DNA of 64,000 bases, taken from IMG/VR virus record IMGVR_UViG_2600255250_000001, positions 1 to 64,000 of that record; one strand, written 5' to 3'. The notes under the pieces were generated by a model. That model saw nothing but the letters and a program-made list of their open reading frames with translations. It made no database searches and was not told the DNA's origin. Below are positions 19,339 to 29,400 of the stretch, piece after piece (position 1 is the first letter of the stretch; the number at the start of each line of letters is the position of its first letter). The DNA is from a virus (taxonomy: Duplodnaviria > Caudoviricetes). The translations under genes and the position numbers were made by a program.

Positions 19339-19369
19339 ACCTCTAGTGGCCAGCCACTAGAGGTTTTTT
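19339..19369 (+). terminator. intrinsic terminator
   Basis: ACCTCTAGTGGC-ca-GCCACTAGAGGT followed by TTTTT. Confidence 0.75.
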
Positions 19370-19579
19370 ATGCAAACTGATCTGTCGTCAGAACGTTTTC
19401 CTATTGCCGGTTACGAGGGGCTCTATGCCATCAGCCGCACCGGTCAAGTTTGGAGCTTTATCTCCAATAAATTTCTAAAATCCGGCCTTGTAGGGAAAGG
19501 TTACTCAGGAGAGTGGAAGTCATACAACGGTTGGACGCTGCCCGTCGCCGGCCTCTACGGGAAAGGAGCACAGGCATGA
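19370..19579 (+). pseudogene. NUMOD4 homing endonuclease remnant (HNH core deleted)
   Basis: PIAGYEGLYAISRTGQVWS NUMOD4 start joined directly to a WKSYNGW-type tail; 69 aa; no HNH motif; stop overlaps the nrdJ ATG. Confidence 0.65.
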
Positions 19580-21780
19580 CCATTGCAAGAAACTACGAAG
19601 CCGGTATGGGCCAGGCGGTTGCTGACCGCACCATCAATAGGCCGGGTGAGCAGTGGTCCGATGTCTCTCACCGTGTTGCCCTTGGCAACTCTCTCCTTGA
19701 CCAGAAGGTCAATGACTATCCGGCTCTCTCCCACCACCTTCTACAAGCTTCCACACTCATGTCAGGTCGCCACCTCCAACACGGCGACGTAGACCAGCCA
19801 GGGCGTCCGATGGAGGTCTTCTCCAACTGCTCGACGGCCATGCTTCGCTTTCTAAACTTCAAGCTCCTGCTGTCGGGCTCCGGGGTCGGCAGCGCATACG
19901 ATGACGCCCTGATGGTCGTCGACTGGACCAAGCAGCCGAACGTCGTTCCTGTCATCGATCCGAGCCATCCCGACGTGGCCAGCGGGCGCGTGAAGGGCTT
20001 CCTCAGCCTTCGCGATGCCATGCACCTGTATGAGGGTCGCGAGATCGTCGTGTTCCATGTGCCTGACAGCCGTGAGGGCTGGGCCAAGGGCATCGAGCAG
20101 ATCGAGAAGATGGCCTACCAGGGCCTGACCGATCACATCCTCATCCTCGACTTCACCGCTGTGCGGTGCTTCGGCTCGCCCATCAAAGGCATGCAGAACC
20201 GGCCAGCCTCAGGGCCTGGCCCGTTGATGGATGCCATTGTCAACGTGGCGCGGCTCAGGGGCGCTACCATGGCGCCGTGGAAGGCCGCGATGTACGCGGA
20301 CCACTTCCAGGCCGAGTGCGTCCTGGTGGGCGGCGCTCGCCGTGCAGCTCGTATCGCCACCAAGTTCTGGCGTGACAAGACGATCTTCGACTTCATCGAT
20401 TTGAAGCGACCGCTGGAATTCCGCGGCAAGACCCGTGAGGAAGTGGAAGAGCTGCGGGCCACTGGGTTCTATCAGTCGCACCTCTGGTCCTCGAACAATT
20501 CCGTGGCCGTCGACCAGGAATTCTGGGACGCGCTCAACTGCCACCCGTGGATGAAGCAGGCCGACCGCATCCAAGCTCGCAAGGTCTGGAATGCCATCAT
20601 GGATGCCCAGCATGGTGATGGCACCGGCGAGCCAGCGCTGCTGAACGTCCACAAGCTCACCATGAACGACACGGACATCGAGCAGTACCGCGAGCAAGCG
20701 TTCGCCGGCTCGAAGCTCTACACGCCTGACGCCGTTACCCTGGAACTGATGAAGGAGCTGACCGAGCGGGTGCTCGCCCACAGCTACCACTACATCGTCA
20801 ACCCGTGCGGCGAGATCGTCCTGTTCATGCTGGGGGCCTTCTGCGTGATCGCCGACGTGGTTCCGTTCCATGCCATTGATGACGACGACGCCGAGGACTG
20901 CTTCCGGGTCGTGACCCGTGCTCTGATGCGGGTCAACACCATGGACTCGATCTACAATCTGGAGGTGGCCCGCACCAATCGAATTGGTGTCGGCCTGACC
21001 GGTCTGCATGAGTGGATGTGGACCCGGTTCGGGTTGGGCTTCCGCGAAGCCGTGGCCTTGCCAATGACAGCCAAGGCGGCTGAGTTCTGGAACATGCTGA
21101 AGCGCTTCGGCGATGCTGTCGATGATGAAGCCAAGAGCTATGCGAAACTGTTGGGTGTTGTCGTCCCTCACACCAACAAGACCGCGAAGCCAGCCGGCAC
21201 CACCAGCAAGTTGTTCGGTCTCACCGAGGGCGTCCATCTGCCACCGATGCGGAAGTATCTCCGCTGGGTCCAGTTCCGCAACGACGACCCTTTGGTGGCC
21301 GAGTACGCCGCCAAGGGCTATCCGATCCGGCAGCTGGAAACGTACGCCGGCACGACGATCGTTGGCTTTCCGACAGCGCCGGTCATCACGACGCTCGGCA
21401 TGGGCGACAAACTGGTCACCGCTTCGGAGGCAACGCCGGCCGAGCAGTTCCGCTGGCTCCGTCTGTTGGAGCGTTACTGGCTGGGCGAGACCCGTGGCAA
21501 CCAGATCAGCTACACTCTGAAGTACGATCCGACCGTGGTGTCCTTCTCGCAATTCGAGAAGGTGATGCGGGAGAACGTTCCGACCGTCAGGGCCGTGTCG
21601 GTGCTGCCGCAAATCAACTCGCTGAGCTACGAGTACACGCCAGAGGAGGAGATCTCGGAGGAGAGGTTCGCGGAGATCGTCGCTGGCATCGTGGCGATGT
21701 CCGAAGACGTGGATCGGGTCCACGTTGACTGCGAAGGCGGTAGCTGTCCAATCGACTTCTCCAAGGCCGGGGTGGTGTGA
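19576..21780 (+). CDS. nrdJ: class II (adenosylcobalamin-dependent) ribonucleotide reductase
   Basis: NCS, GSGVG, GGARRAA, NPCGEI, KPAGTTSKL, C-terminal CEGGSCPI; no beta subunit nearby. Confidence 0.88.
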   Translation: MTIARNYEAGMGQAVADRTINRPGEQWSDVSHRVALGNSLLDQKVNDYPALSHHLLQASTLMSGRHLQHGDVDQPGRPMEVFSNCSTAMLRFLNFKLLLSGSGVGSAYDDALMVVDWTKQPNVVPVIDPSHPDVASGRVKGFLSLRDAMHLYEGREIVVFHVPDSREGWAKGIEQIEKMAYQGLTDHILILDFTAVRCFGSPIKGMQNRPASGPGPLMDAIVNVARLRGATMAPWKAAMYADHFQAECVLVGGARRAARIATKFWRDKTIFDFIDLKRPLEFRGKTREEVEELRATGFYQSHLWSSNNSVAVDQEFWDALNCHPWMKQADRIQARKVWNAIMDAQHGDGTGEPALLNVHKLTMNDTDIEQYREQAFAGSKLYTPDAVTLELMKELTERVLAHSYHYIVNPCGEIVLFMLGAFCVIADVVPFHAIDDDDAEDCFRVVTRALMRVNTMDSIYNLEVARTNRIGVGLTGLHEWMWTRFGLGFREAVALPMTAKAAEFWNMLKRFGDAVDDEAKSYAKLLGVVVPHTNKTAKPAGTTSKLFGLTEGVHLPPMRKYLRWVQFRNDDPLVAEYAAKGYPIRQLETYAGTTIVGFPTAPVITTLGMGDKLVTASEATPAEQFRWLRLLERYWLGETRGNQISYTLKYDPTVVSFSQFEKVMRENVPTVRAVSVLPQINSLSYEYTPEEEISEERFAEIVAGIVAMSEDVDRVHVDCEGGSCPIDFSKAGVV

Positions 21781-22304
21781 TGACCGAACGCTGGCTACCA
21801 GTGGTTGGTTTCGAAGGACGATACGAGGTCTCCGACCTCGGTCGCGTTCGATCTCTGGCGTTCCGCTCTAACGGCGGTGTTGGTCTGATGAAGTCGACGC
21901 CAAACTATTCTGGCTACCATGTGGTCACTCTCGGTAGGGACAGAAAGCAGAGGAGAGTTCACGTCATGGTGCTTGAAGCCTTTGTCGGGCCTCGCCCTAC
22001 AGGTATGCAGGGATGTCATGATAAAAGCGACAAGGACAACAACCGGCTCGACAGCTTGAGATGGGACACACCGAGGGGGAATATTGCAGACCGGAGGTCC
22101 TACTCTGAAGGATCACACCCGAACTCTAAGCTATCACAAAGTGATTTTGATGATATCAGATTCAATTTGGCAATGGGTCGTGATCTGAACACCATCGCGG
22201 AGCGGTTTGGAGTTACGCGAAATAGAATTTCTCAAATTAGGAAAACAGTCTCTCCCGTAGAGGCACCCTACAGAGGTTTCGTGGGAGAGGTTGGACTGAG
22301 ATGA
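21777..22304 (+). CDS. NUMOD4-HNH homing endonuclease
   Basis: WLPVVGFEGRYEVSDLGRVRS; VHVMVLEAFVGPRP; CHDKSDKDNNRLDSL. Confidence 0.85.
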   Translation: MMTERWLPVVGFEGRYEVSDLGRVRSLAFRSNGGVGLMKSTPNYSGYHVVTLGRDRKQRRVHVMVLEAFVGPRPTGMQGCHDKSDKDNNRLDSLRWDTPRGNIADRRSYSEGSHPNSKLSQSDFDDIRFNLAMGRDLNTIAERFGVTRNRISQIRKTVSPVEAPYRGFVGEVGLR

Positions 22305-22344
22305 CCTAGGAAAAGGAAACGATTCCAGGACGTTAAGAGGGGCG

Positions 22345-22644
22345 CTACTGCGCCCCTTTCTTTTTGTCCTTCAATTTCAGCAGTCTTGGGTCATGTGAGG
22401 CGTCGATTATGGCGATCAGACGCTTTCCGCAGGCGGATTTGACTTTGTCGCTGCGAAGGAACTCCGCGAGCTTGTCAAAGAGCATCAGCTGGTTGATCGG
22501 GCCAGCTGGAAAAGGTCCGACCACCTCGTCGAAGCACTTGCGGATATCTGGCGGAACGTTCGGCAGCTCAATTTTGCCAGAGTCGTCGCACCCGGTCAGC
22601 GTCAGGGCCGTCAAAACAAACAGTATCTTTGTGAACGAGCGCAT
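22345..22644 (-). CDS. o-spanin (Rz1-like lipoprotein)
   Basis: MRSFTKILFVLTALTLTG-C lipobox, Pro-rich, overlaps the 3' end of the i-spanin. Confidence 0.7.
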   Translation of the reverse strand: MRSFTKILFVLTALTLTGCDDSGKIELPNVPPDIRKCFDEVVGPFPAGPINQLMLFDKLAEFLRSDKVKSACGKRLIAIIDASHDPRLLKLKDKKKGAQ

Positions 22645-22894
22645 CACGGTCTTCCTTGGTCTTCTTGTCAAAAATGACGATCACTTCGGCATCCGCCACA
22701 GCTTGGCTGGAGTCGGCTTCAAGGATCGCGATGTTTGTTTGCAGGCCAATCACTTGCTGTTTGAGAGCGGCGACCTGAGCCGCCTTCTCGAACTTGACCC
22801 AGCCATAGCCGACGCCGGCGAGGAAGAGGCCCACGCAGACAGCAACCTTGAGGAGAATGAGAGACAGCCAGGCGGGCATCAGAGGACGCACCAT
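22568..22894 (-). CDS. i-spanin (Rz-like)
   Basis: N-terminal TM helix plus coiled coil, downstream of the endolysin. Confidence 0.7.
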   Translation of the reverse strand: MVRPLMPAWLSLILLKVAVCVGLFLAGVGYGWVKFEKAAQVAALKQQVIGLQTNIAILEADSSQAVADAEVIVIFDKKTKEDRDALVHKDTVCFDGPDADRVRRLWQN

Positions 22895-22977
22895 GTTAGG
22901 AGGGCAAGGAGGAGCACCAGGGTCACGACGATTTCGGTGCCATACTCTTCAAGGAGAGCTTGAGCGATCTCTTTCAT
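22879..22977 (-). CDS. 32-aa single-TM peptide (not in ORF track)
   Basis: MKEIAQALLEEYGTEIVVTLVLLLALLTWCVL*; TGATG-coupled to the endolysin stop. Confidence 0.5.
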   Translation of the reverse strand: MKEIAQALLEEYGTEIVVTLVLLLALLTWCVL

Positions 22978-23543
22978 CACAGACCACTCACGCACAGCTC
23001 GGCTTCGCCGATGCGCTGCTTGTCACCCATCCCACGACGGTTGACCAATCCCTGCACCACCTGACCGCCGGCCTTGTTGAAGGCCGTCTGGGCAACGCAG
23101 GCAGTGTTGTACTGACCAGCGGTGGCGAACCTTGCCGCGCTCGACTTGCATTGGGCGCCGACGCCAAAGTTGTAAGCACCAGAGATCAGGGATGCCTGGA
23201 GGCTGGTCGGCAGCTTGTCGAAGTTCTTGATGCACCGCGTGAGCGGCTTGTAGTAGTCGTTGACCACGCGGGCCATCAGCATGTCGTTACACTGAGCCTT
23301 GGTCTTGGTCATGCCGGCCTTGATGCCCTTGGTCTCGCCATAACAGATGTCCCAAATCTTGGCGTACTTGTCCCAATGCGACTTCAGGACCAGGCCCTCC
23401 CACGGGATGATGAGCGCGTTGACAGCCAGCTGCACCGACGCCGGCACACTGTTGGCATAGAGGACGCCACCAATCGAGGTGGAAATCGCGAGGACGGCGG
23501 CGATGGCGCTCTTGGCGCGGCCGGATGATTTGATTTTAGCCAC
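22977..23543 (-). CDS. endolysin, GH24 lysozyme with probable SAR domain
   Basis: E-G...D...CYGET catalytic pattern; Gly/Ala-rich N-terminal TM (SAIAAVLAISTSIGGVLYA); YNFG and GLVNRR motifs. Confidence 0.88.
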   Translation of the reverse strand: MAKIKSSGRAKSAIAAVLAISTSIGGVLYANSVPASVQLAVNALIIPWEGLVLKSHWDKYAKIWDICYGETKGIKAGMTKTKAQCNDMLMARVVNDYYKPLTRCIKNFDKLPTSLQASLISGAYNFGVGAQCKSSAARFATAGQYNTACVAQTAFNKAGGQVVQGLVNRRGMGDKQRIGEAELCVSGL

Positions 23544-23778
23544 TGAGGCCTCCTGGGAGGTTCTTTTGAACGGTGATACGCGCCCAAAGGGCAGCGATGG
23601 TGACGAAGCCTGACAGGGCGCCGAAGACGCCCCGAGGGACAGGCAGTAGGTCTTCGAAGAATGGTAGAGCCACCTCCAGACCAGACAGGAAGATAGCGAC
23701 GATCATCAGCCTAACGCTCCAGGCTCTCTGAAGGATTTTCAGCCAGTCAGAGCGGAGACGAGTTAGGCGAGCAAACAT
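23536..23778 (-). CDS. holin (two TM segments)
   Basis: 80 aa, two hydrophobic helices, directly upstream of the endolysin. Confidence 0.7.
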   Translation of the reverse strand: MFARLTRLRSDWLKILQRAWSVRLMIVAIFLSGLEVALPFFEDLLPVPRGVFGALSGFVTIAALWARITVQKNLPGGLSG

Positions 23779-23780
23779 AA

Positions 23781-24158
23781 TTACATTCGGCTGATAAGAT
23801 TTGCGATTACGATGGGAACGATGATCGTGATGATAGTCGAGACCACGCCAAGAACGGCCATGATCCTGGTGACGTTGGTTGACAGAACCTCGTGCTTGTC
23901 ATCGGCCTCCTCCTGCTTATTGACCAGCTTGTCGACAGACTTGGTGAAGAGGGCACTCATGGTTTCGAGTTGCCGGTTGGTTTCCTCACGCTGCTCACGA
24001 AACGAAACAGCCAGGGTGCTGTTGCGCTCCTCGACCAGAACGAGACGCTCCATATACGAGGCCACCCGACCTACTTGGTCAGACATCGTGATAATGGAAC
24101 GCTCCATCGCTTCAAACCTTGCGGGGGAGATCGTCTCGTTGAGGGAGGATTGCTGCAT
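23781..24158 (-). CDS. coiled-coil protein with C-terminal TM (lysis-cassette associated)
   Basis: Coiled coil followed by IMAVLGVVSTIITIIVPIVIA. Confidence 0.6.
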   Translation of the reverse strand: MQQSSLNETISPARFEAMERSIITMSDQVGRVASYMERLVLVEERNSTLAVSFREQREETNRQLETMSALFTKSVDKLVNKQEEADDKHEVLSTNVTRIMAVLGVVSTIITIIVPIVIANLISRM

Positions 24159-24215
24159 GAGGAACCACCTGTTGGTCTCCTCAATATAAGACGTAGGGGA
24201 AGAGAGTTGTCGCCG

Positions 24216-24413
24216 CTACCGGTTCAGAACGATTCGAAGGGGATCAGTCTCACCAAGCGTCAGACTGTATTTTTCTCGGATCATTTCGACGAGAAATTCA
24301 CTTCCGGACTTACCGGAGAGCTGAGCCAGAGCGGCGAGCTTCTGGCGGTCCAGCTCGGTGCCATAGGCAATGATGCCTTTGTGCCTGGTCAATTGGTTGC
24401 GCCTACAGACCAA
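24216..24413 (-). CDS. small ribbon-helix-helix-like DNA-binding protein
   Basis: GIIAYGTELDRQKLAALAQLSGKSGSEFLVEMI strand-helix-helix pattern; true start may be near 24392. Confidence 0.45.
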   Translation of the reverse strand: MVCRRNQLTRHKGIIAYGTELDRQKLAALAQLSGKSGSEFLVEMIREKYSLTLGETDPLRIVLNR

Positions 24414-24853
24414 TCTGCCGACGTAGCCGAGAGCTTGAAGTAATAGGTGAGCTGTCCACCCTCTACGGTGGGGAGCACCGCGTAGATGAAGTCCTTGGCT
24501 GCGCTGTTGAAAGCAGCTCTTCCCGCTAAAGTGCCGAAGGCGTCAGGACGAAAGAGCGTCTTGGCATAGAGGCCGGCCGACAGCTCGGCGAGCAGCTGGT
24601 GCGAGAACAGAACGTTCGCAGCCTGGGCTGTCATCAGGAGAATGTAATAGGGAACGTCGGTGAGCGTGGTGCCTGACCAAGGGGTTACCAGTTCAGCCGA
24701 GGTATCGCTTGTGACCGAAGCCAGGGCTACCGGAAATTCACCGTCGATAAACAGGATGCCGCCGGAAATTCTCGCGACTTCCCACAAGGTGCCTTCACCA
24801 GAAACAGTCGCATCGCCGTTGATAGTTGAGATCGTGCCAGTCGGGTAAAACAT
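24389..24853 (-). CDS. short tail fibre / fibre-adaptor protein
   Basis: N-terminus YPTGTISTINGDATVSGEGTLW resembles tail fibre anchoring domains; only 154 aa. Confidence 0.55.
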   Translation of the reverse strand: MFYPTGTISTINGDATVSGEGTLWEVARISGGILFIDGEFPVALASVTSDTSAELVTPWSGTTLTDVPYYILLMTAQAANVLFSHQLLAELSAGLYAKTLFRPDAFGTLAGRAAFNSAAKDFIYAVLPTVEGGQLTYYFKLSATSADWSVGATN

Positions 24854-24883
24854 GGGAGTTATATGGTGTTCCTGGCTTGCTGG

Positions 24884-26497
24884 TTAAAGGCTCTGTGGTA
24901 TGCCGAAGATGTAATAGCGCACGCCCTTCAACTGAGCGTCGTAAGAGTCGAAGGAACTGTCAGTGCTTCGGGCCGTGTATGGGTTGTTTCCTGAGGCGTA
25001 GATGTCCACTTGCGTGGTGCTGACTATGTTGGCCCATGTCGAAAATCCACACGACACGCCAGACGATGATCCAGCATTTACAAAGACCCCATGCTCGCTC
25101 CAGATGGCTCCGGGTTCATTAGCTGCCGCTTCGTTATCCGGCAGATTGTAGATCGCCCCAAGCTTAGGGAACAGGAGCAGACCGTCAGGGTTGGGAACCG
25201 TGACGCTGGTCATCCGTTCGCCCTTGAACAGATCGCTGCCCGACAAATCGGTTGGGAAGTCCCCGCTCCAATCCAGAAATCCCTCTGCAAGAATTGGCAG
25301 GTAGGTCAATCGCGTGTCGAGCATGATATCGTTCATACTCGGTGCGGTGTCCGAAGAGCCAGGCCGCTTTATTTGAATATATGGGCCGGTGCTGTCGCTG
25401 CCTTTCAAAAGTATCTTGCTGCCGCCCGTCGTGTGCGCCTCACCGGAGTCGGCGAAAATGGCGTACCGCAGCACCAGGTTATGTTGGGACTCGCTGGTGA
25501 TGGTGAGCGTGTTGCCGGAAATAACGTAGGTGAAATCGAGCGACTGGCTTTCGTTCAAACTGCTGATGTATGGCGGGTGCCAGAACGTCGTTTCAGAGGA
25601 CCTACGCGCGATGTAGTCCATGTAAGTTGTATCCGGCATAGGAAGCCGTGTGGTGATTGTGGCAGTGCCACCTGTCGGGACCGTGATCTCGCCCGCCGCC
25701 ATGACTTTGGCCGGGATCATATCCTCGTGCAGAATGAAGCGCTTTGGGTCGGTGTCACTGAGCGAGCGCCCTGGCAACGCGATTCTTACCATGTTGGCAG
25801 TATCACCAATCCGTATTGTTTCCTGTCCAGGTACTGGGGTGGTAGCATAGTTCGGGATGGCGTCGGACATCATCGGAAGGCTGAACACCGAAACCAATGC
25901 GCGCAACACGGGATTAATGGCTCCCGAACTGGAAACAGTCGCCTGCAATGCGTGGCGCTCGCGTCCGGGGGGGCCAGTGTCGCCGGTGTCGTTAACGGTC
26001 ACCGTTCGGCTTTTAAACCCACCGAAGGAGTAGACCTGGCCGCGATCTCCATCTTGACCTGTGGTCAAGTCAACGTATGGGCCTCTGAATTTATTACTCA
26101 GGAAATCGAGAGTCGTCCTAATCTCTGTCAGCGGGAAATAGGGAAGTCCGTAGTTTGCGGTGAAATACTCCTCGAAAAAATTCCACACTTGGCGTTTATT
26201 AGTCGATGTGGAGCGAAAGCTCCTGATCATTATCTGGCAGTTGTATTCGTTGCTGCCGGCGGGTAGGTAATAGAGGTTGCCGCCTATGCCGGTAGGGCTG
26301 CTTGCGTCCGGGTAGGTGGCAAAGTCCGCCTCAACAGTGAAGATATCGAGGAGGTAGCCGACCTTCTGTATTCGTGAATTGAACAGGTGTTTGCCGGTGG
26401 CAGTGTCTGGAACGGTGTCAGGATCATCAAGATCGTTCTTGAAGATTTTGAGGACCGGACCTAGCCCATCCTGGTTGCCGACGAAGAGCCGGCTCAT
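24884..26497 (-). CDS. tail tip-associated protein (possible receptor-binding)
   Basis: 537 aa, beta-rich, directly after the central tail tip gene with ATGA coupling. Confidence 0.6.
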   Translation of the reverse strand: MSRLFVGNQDGLGPVLKIFKNDLDDPDTVPDTATGKHLFNSRIQKVGYLLDIFTVEADFATYPDASSPTGIGGNLYYLPAGSNEYNCQIMIRSFRSTSTNKRQVWNFFEEYFTANYGLPYFPLTEIRTTLDFLSNKFRGPYVDLTTGQDGDRGQVYSFGGFKSRTVTVNDTGDTGPPGRERHALQATVSSSGAINPVLRALVSVFSLPMMSDAIPNYATTPVPGQETIRIGDTANMVRIALPGRSLSDTDPKRFILHEDMIPAKVMAAGEITVPTGGTATITTRLPMPDTTYMDYIARRSSETTFWHPPYISSLNESQSLDFTYVISGNTLTITSESQHNLVLRYAIFADSGEAHTTGGSKILLKGSDSTGPYIQIKRPGSSDTAPSMNDIMLDTRLTYLPILAEGFLDWSGDFPTDLSGSDLFKGERMTSVTVPNPDGLLLFPKLGAIYNLPDNEAAANEPGAIWSEHGVFVNAGSSSGVSCGFSTWANIVSTTQVDIYASGNNPYTARSTDSSFDSYDAQLKGVRYYIFGIPQSL

Positions 26498-29400
26498 GTG
26501 AACACCGAGATGTCTGCGAAATCATCGTGACCACGGATGATCAGCTTGTCGTTGGCGGATTGTAGAACATCGAAGACAGCTGTGCCGATCTTAGCCGCGA
26601 CGAGCTTCAGCACACCGCCCTCGAAGATGAACGGAGCTGAGGTGGTCGTGCCATCGGTCATGACAATCTGGTTGGCGTTGAGGATAATACGGCTGGCGAC
26701 GACACCAGGTGAGACGGTGTAGACCTCCATGATCATGCCGGCTTCTTCCCAGGCATCGGCAAGGGTAGCCTTCACGTACATGACCTGACGTGCCAACACC
26801 GACCCGGAGCCTGCTTCGGTTTCGATCTTGAAGAGGCCGCTGGCGCTGGCCTCATCGACGCGAGCTTCCACCGCTGTGATGGAGGCGGCAAAGGATGAGA
26901 TGCGGCTGTCGCTTACGTCCTGCCAGACCGTGCCGTTCCAGCGGTACATCCTCAGATCATCATCACTGTCGAACCACAGGGCTCCCAGAACTGACGTGGT
27001 GGGAGGGCTGGACTGGTTGAAGACAGTCATGCCGCTGATGAGAGCGTCCACCCAGACAGCCGCTTGCAGCACGTAGATTTTGTTGTCATCGCTATCTATC
27101 CAGATCGATCCCGCAGGACCGGTGGTCGCTGGCGCACCGGCCTGAAGAAACACTTCGGGCTTTGCGGAGACTTGGGTTTGAAGGCCTGAGATCGCCGATG
27201 CCTGACCAGTGGTCAGAGTGTCGAGATCAGTGACCTGAGTTTGGAGCGTCGTAACGTCGTTGGCGACGGCTTGGATAGCGTTGGCTCGGACCTCAGACTC
27301 CTTTGCAATTGCAGCAAAGGAATTCGCCACGTTCTGGGCGATGTCGATCCGGGTAATTTCCGAAGCGGCGTTGTGGATTGCCGAGTTCCCCGCCACCTGG
27401 TCGAGGTAGTCGAACAGGGCCGACACCTGGCCCGAGATCGTGGTGAGCGTTGCAATGACTGTGGCGTTTATCTCTTCGGCTTCGGTCGGGACGACCATAA
27501 CGACTTGAGGAGAAAGATTAAGATCCTCCTGGCTGAAATAGTCATAGATCGCGACACGGAAATAATAGGTATGCCCACGGTCACATTGAACCGAGATGTT
27601 GTTGTTGAGCCCCTGATAGAAAAGATTTTCCGGTGTCGGTGTGAAGCCCAAGGTCGTCGATTTGTAAATCAGCACACCCGCGTAATCCCGGATCGTAGGC
27701 TGCTCGAACTGAATGACAACCTGGTCGCCGCTCCTCGTGGCCGTGAGGCCTGATGGCGGCGCAGGAGCGGTGTTGGACACCGCCAGCTGCTGAGAGCCCG
27801 CTATGGTGCCATACTGGTCGCGGGAGGACACTTCGATTGTGAACGAGCGCTCGGCAGAGCCACCGTTGACCGTCGCATTCAGGGTCTGCTCGTAAACGAA
27901 GAACAGCTCCGTCGTGAATGTCTGATAGAGAACGAAGTCCGCGTCGTTGAGGATGCGAATTCGATAATCCTGATGCTCAGGATACGTCGCCGGGTCCCAC
28001 GCGAATTTCGGTGACCGGCTTTCGAACACGGTCTCGAATGGCTCGTCCTGCAATCGCAGGCCGGCGCCGCCAGGGATCGATCGCCAATCTCCCACCAATC
28101 GGTGCTCAATGATCGCGGGATCGCTCTCTCGGCCGACGACGGTGATGGCGATGACATGGAAAACGTATTCCCCGAGGGGAACGTTGTTCCACTGGAACGC
28201 GCTGGTGGGAGTTTCACCGAGCAGGCCAAGTGGGCCGTTGTCCTTGCTCACATAAATCTGGTAGCGCGAGACCAGGTTGTTGGTGCTGTCGTCCCAATCC
28301 AAAAGGATATTGTAGATCGGCACCGCGCCCTGCATCGAGGCGGTGGCCGAAACCCGGAGCCTCGGGACTGGGCTAGGCTTGACGTTCGCCCGAACGTCGT
28401 AGTTCTGGGCGTTCTCGTATTCCGTGATGACGCCATCGACATACAGCCATTTCAAGCGGTTGACATAGACGGCCGACACCTCGACGGCGTCGTCGTCACC
28501 CTCAACCTCGGCAATGCTGATGACGCGGAACGCCATCGGTGCAGCCGTGTCATCCGTGGTGCGGATCGCGAACACAGCATTGTCTGGAAGTTCCGCGGTG
28601 ACCGGTGCCGTGAAGGTCAGCTCGGTGACGGCACCCGTGGTGCCTGGCACGATGTTGTGCTCTTCGACCTGGTAGTCGCCAGTCGTCTCGTTGATGGACT
28701 GGAAGACGATTTTGTAATTGAAGCCGGGCTCAAGGAAGAGCGGATCACGGAGCGTGATCTTGATAGGGTTGACGAAATCCTTCACGCGACCTGAAAGGCC
28801 GGCGTCCATGTCGTCATCTGAGACCAAGATGATATCGTACGGGCTCATGTACTGAGCCATGCGGTTGGTCTTGAAGTTGACCAGCATGGTTTCAGTCATG
28901 CCAGTGATCAGTTTGTAGCGACCACGCACGATGGCTTCGTCAGCGCTGCGGCAGCCGACCGCGATGAAGTTGCTAGGGATACGCCCATAACGGTCGATGT
29001 GGGTCTGATCGAAGACCCGACGCCGATCCTCTTTGTAGTTCAGGTCCGGGTTGTTGAATGTGACGGTGACATCGTTGAACCGGGTGCTGATCTCGGTGAA
29101 CGAGTAGGTGAAGATGCCACCCTCGACGTTCTCGGGAGCGAAGACCGCTACGGCGTTCGTGTCCTTGTCGAGGCGGATGACCGCACTACCGTTGCCATCG
29201 TCGAAGAACCGACCACCGAAGATACCGCAGATGTAATAGATCATCTCCCGCCCGCCGGTCGGGTCGGTGATCTGGCCGTTGAAGGTGAAGCGAGGCTTGC
29301 CGTCTACGGTCAGTGTGTCGCACCACTGGGCTGCCTCGTAGACATCGAACTTGTTGAGCACCACGGGGTAGTAGGCATTCATGCCGTAGCGGTCGTTCAG

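Noticed and set aside
20209-21723. Long antisense ORFs (also 1889-2779, 5028-6167, 25091-26266, 36253-38106 and others)
   Set aside because: They mirror well-supported genes on the other strand, have no motifs, and are expected from GC-biased codon usage.
4581-22304. Group I introns or inteins associated with the HNH genes
   Set aside because: polA, nrdJ, terL and the helicases are uninterrupted ORFs of normal size, and the HNH genes are free-standing between genes.
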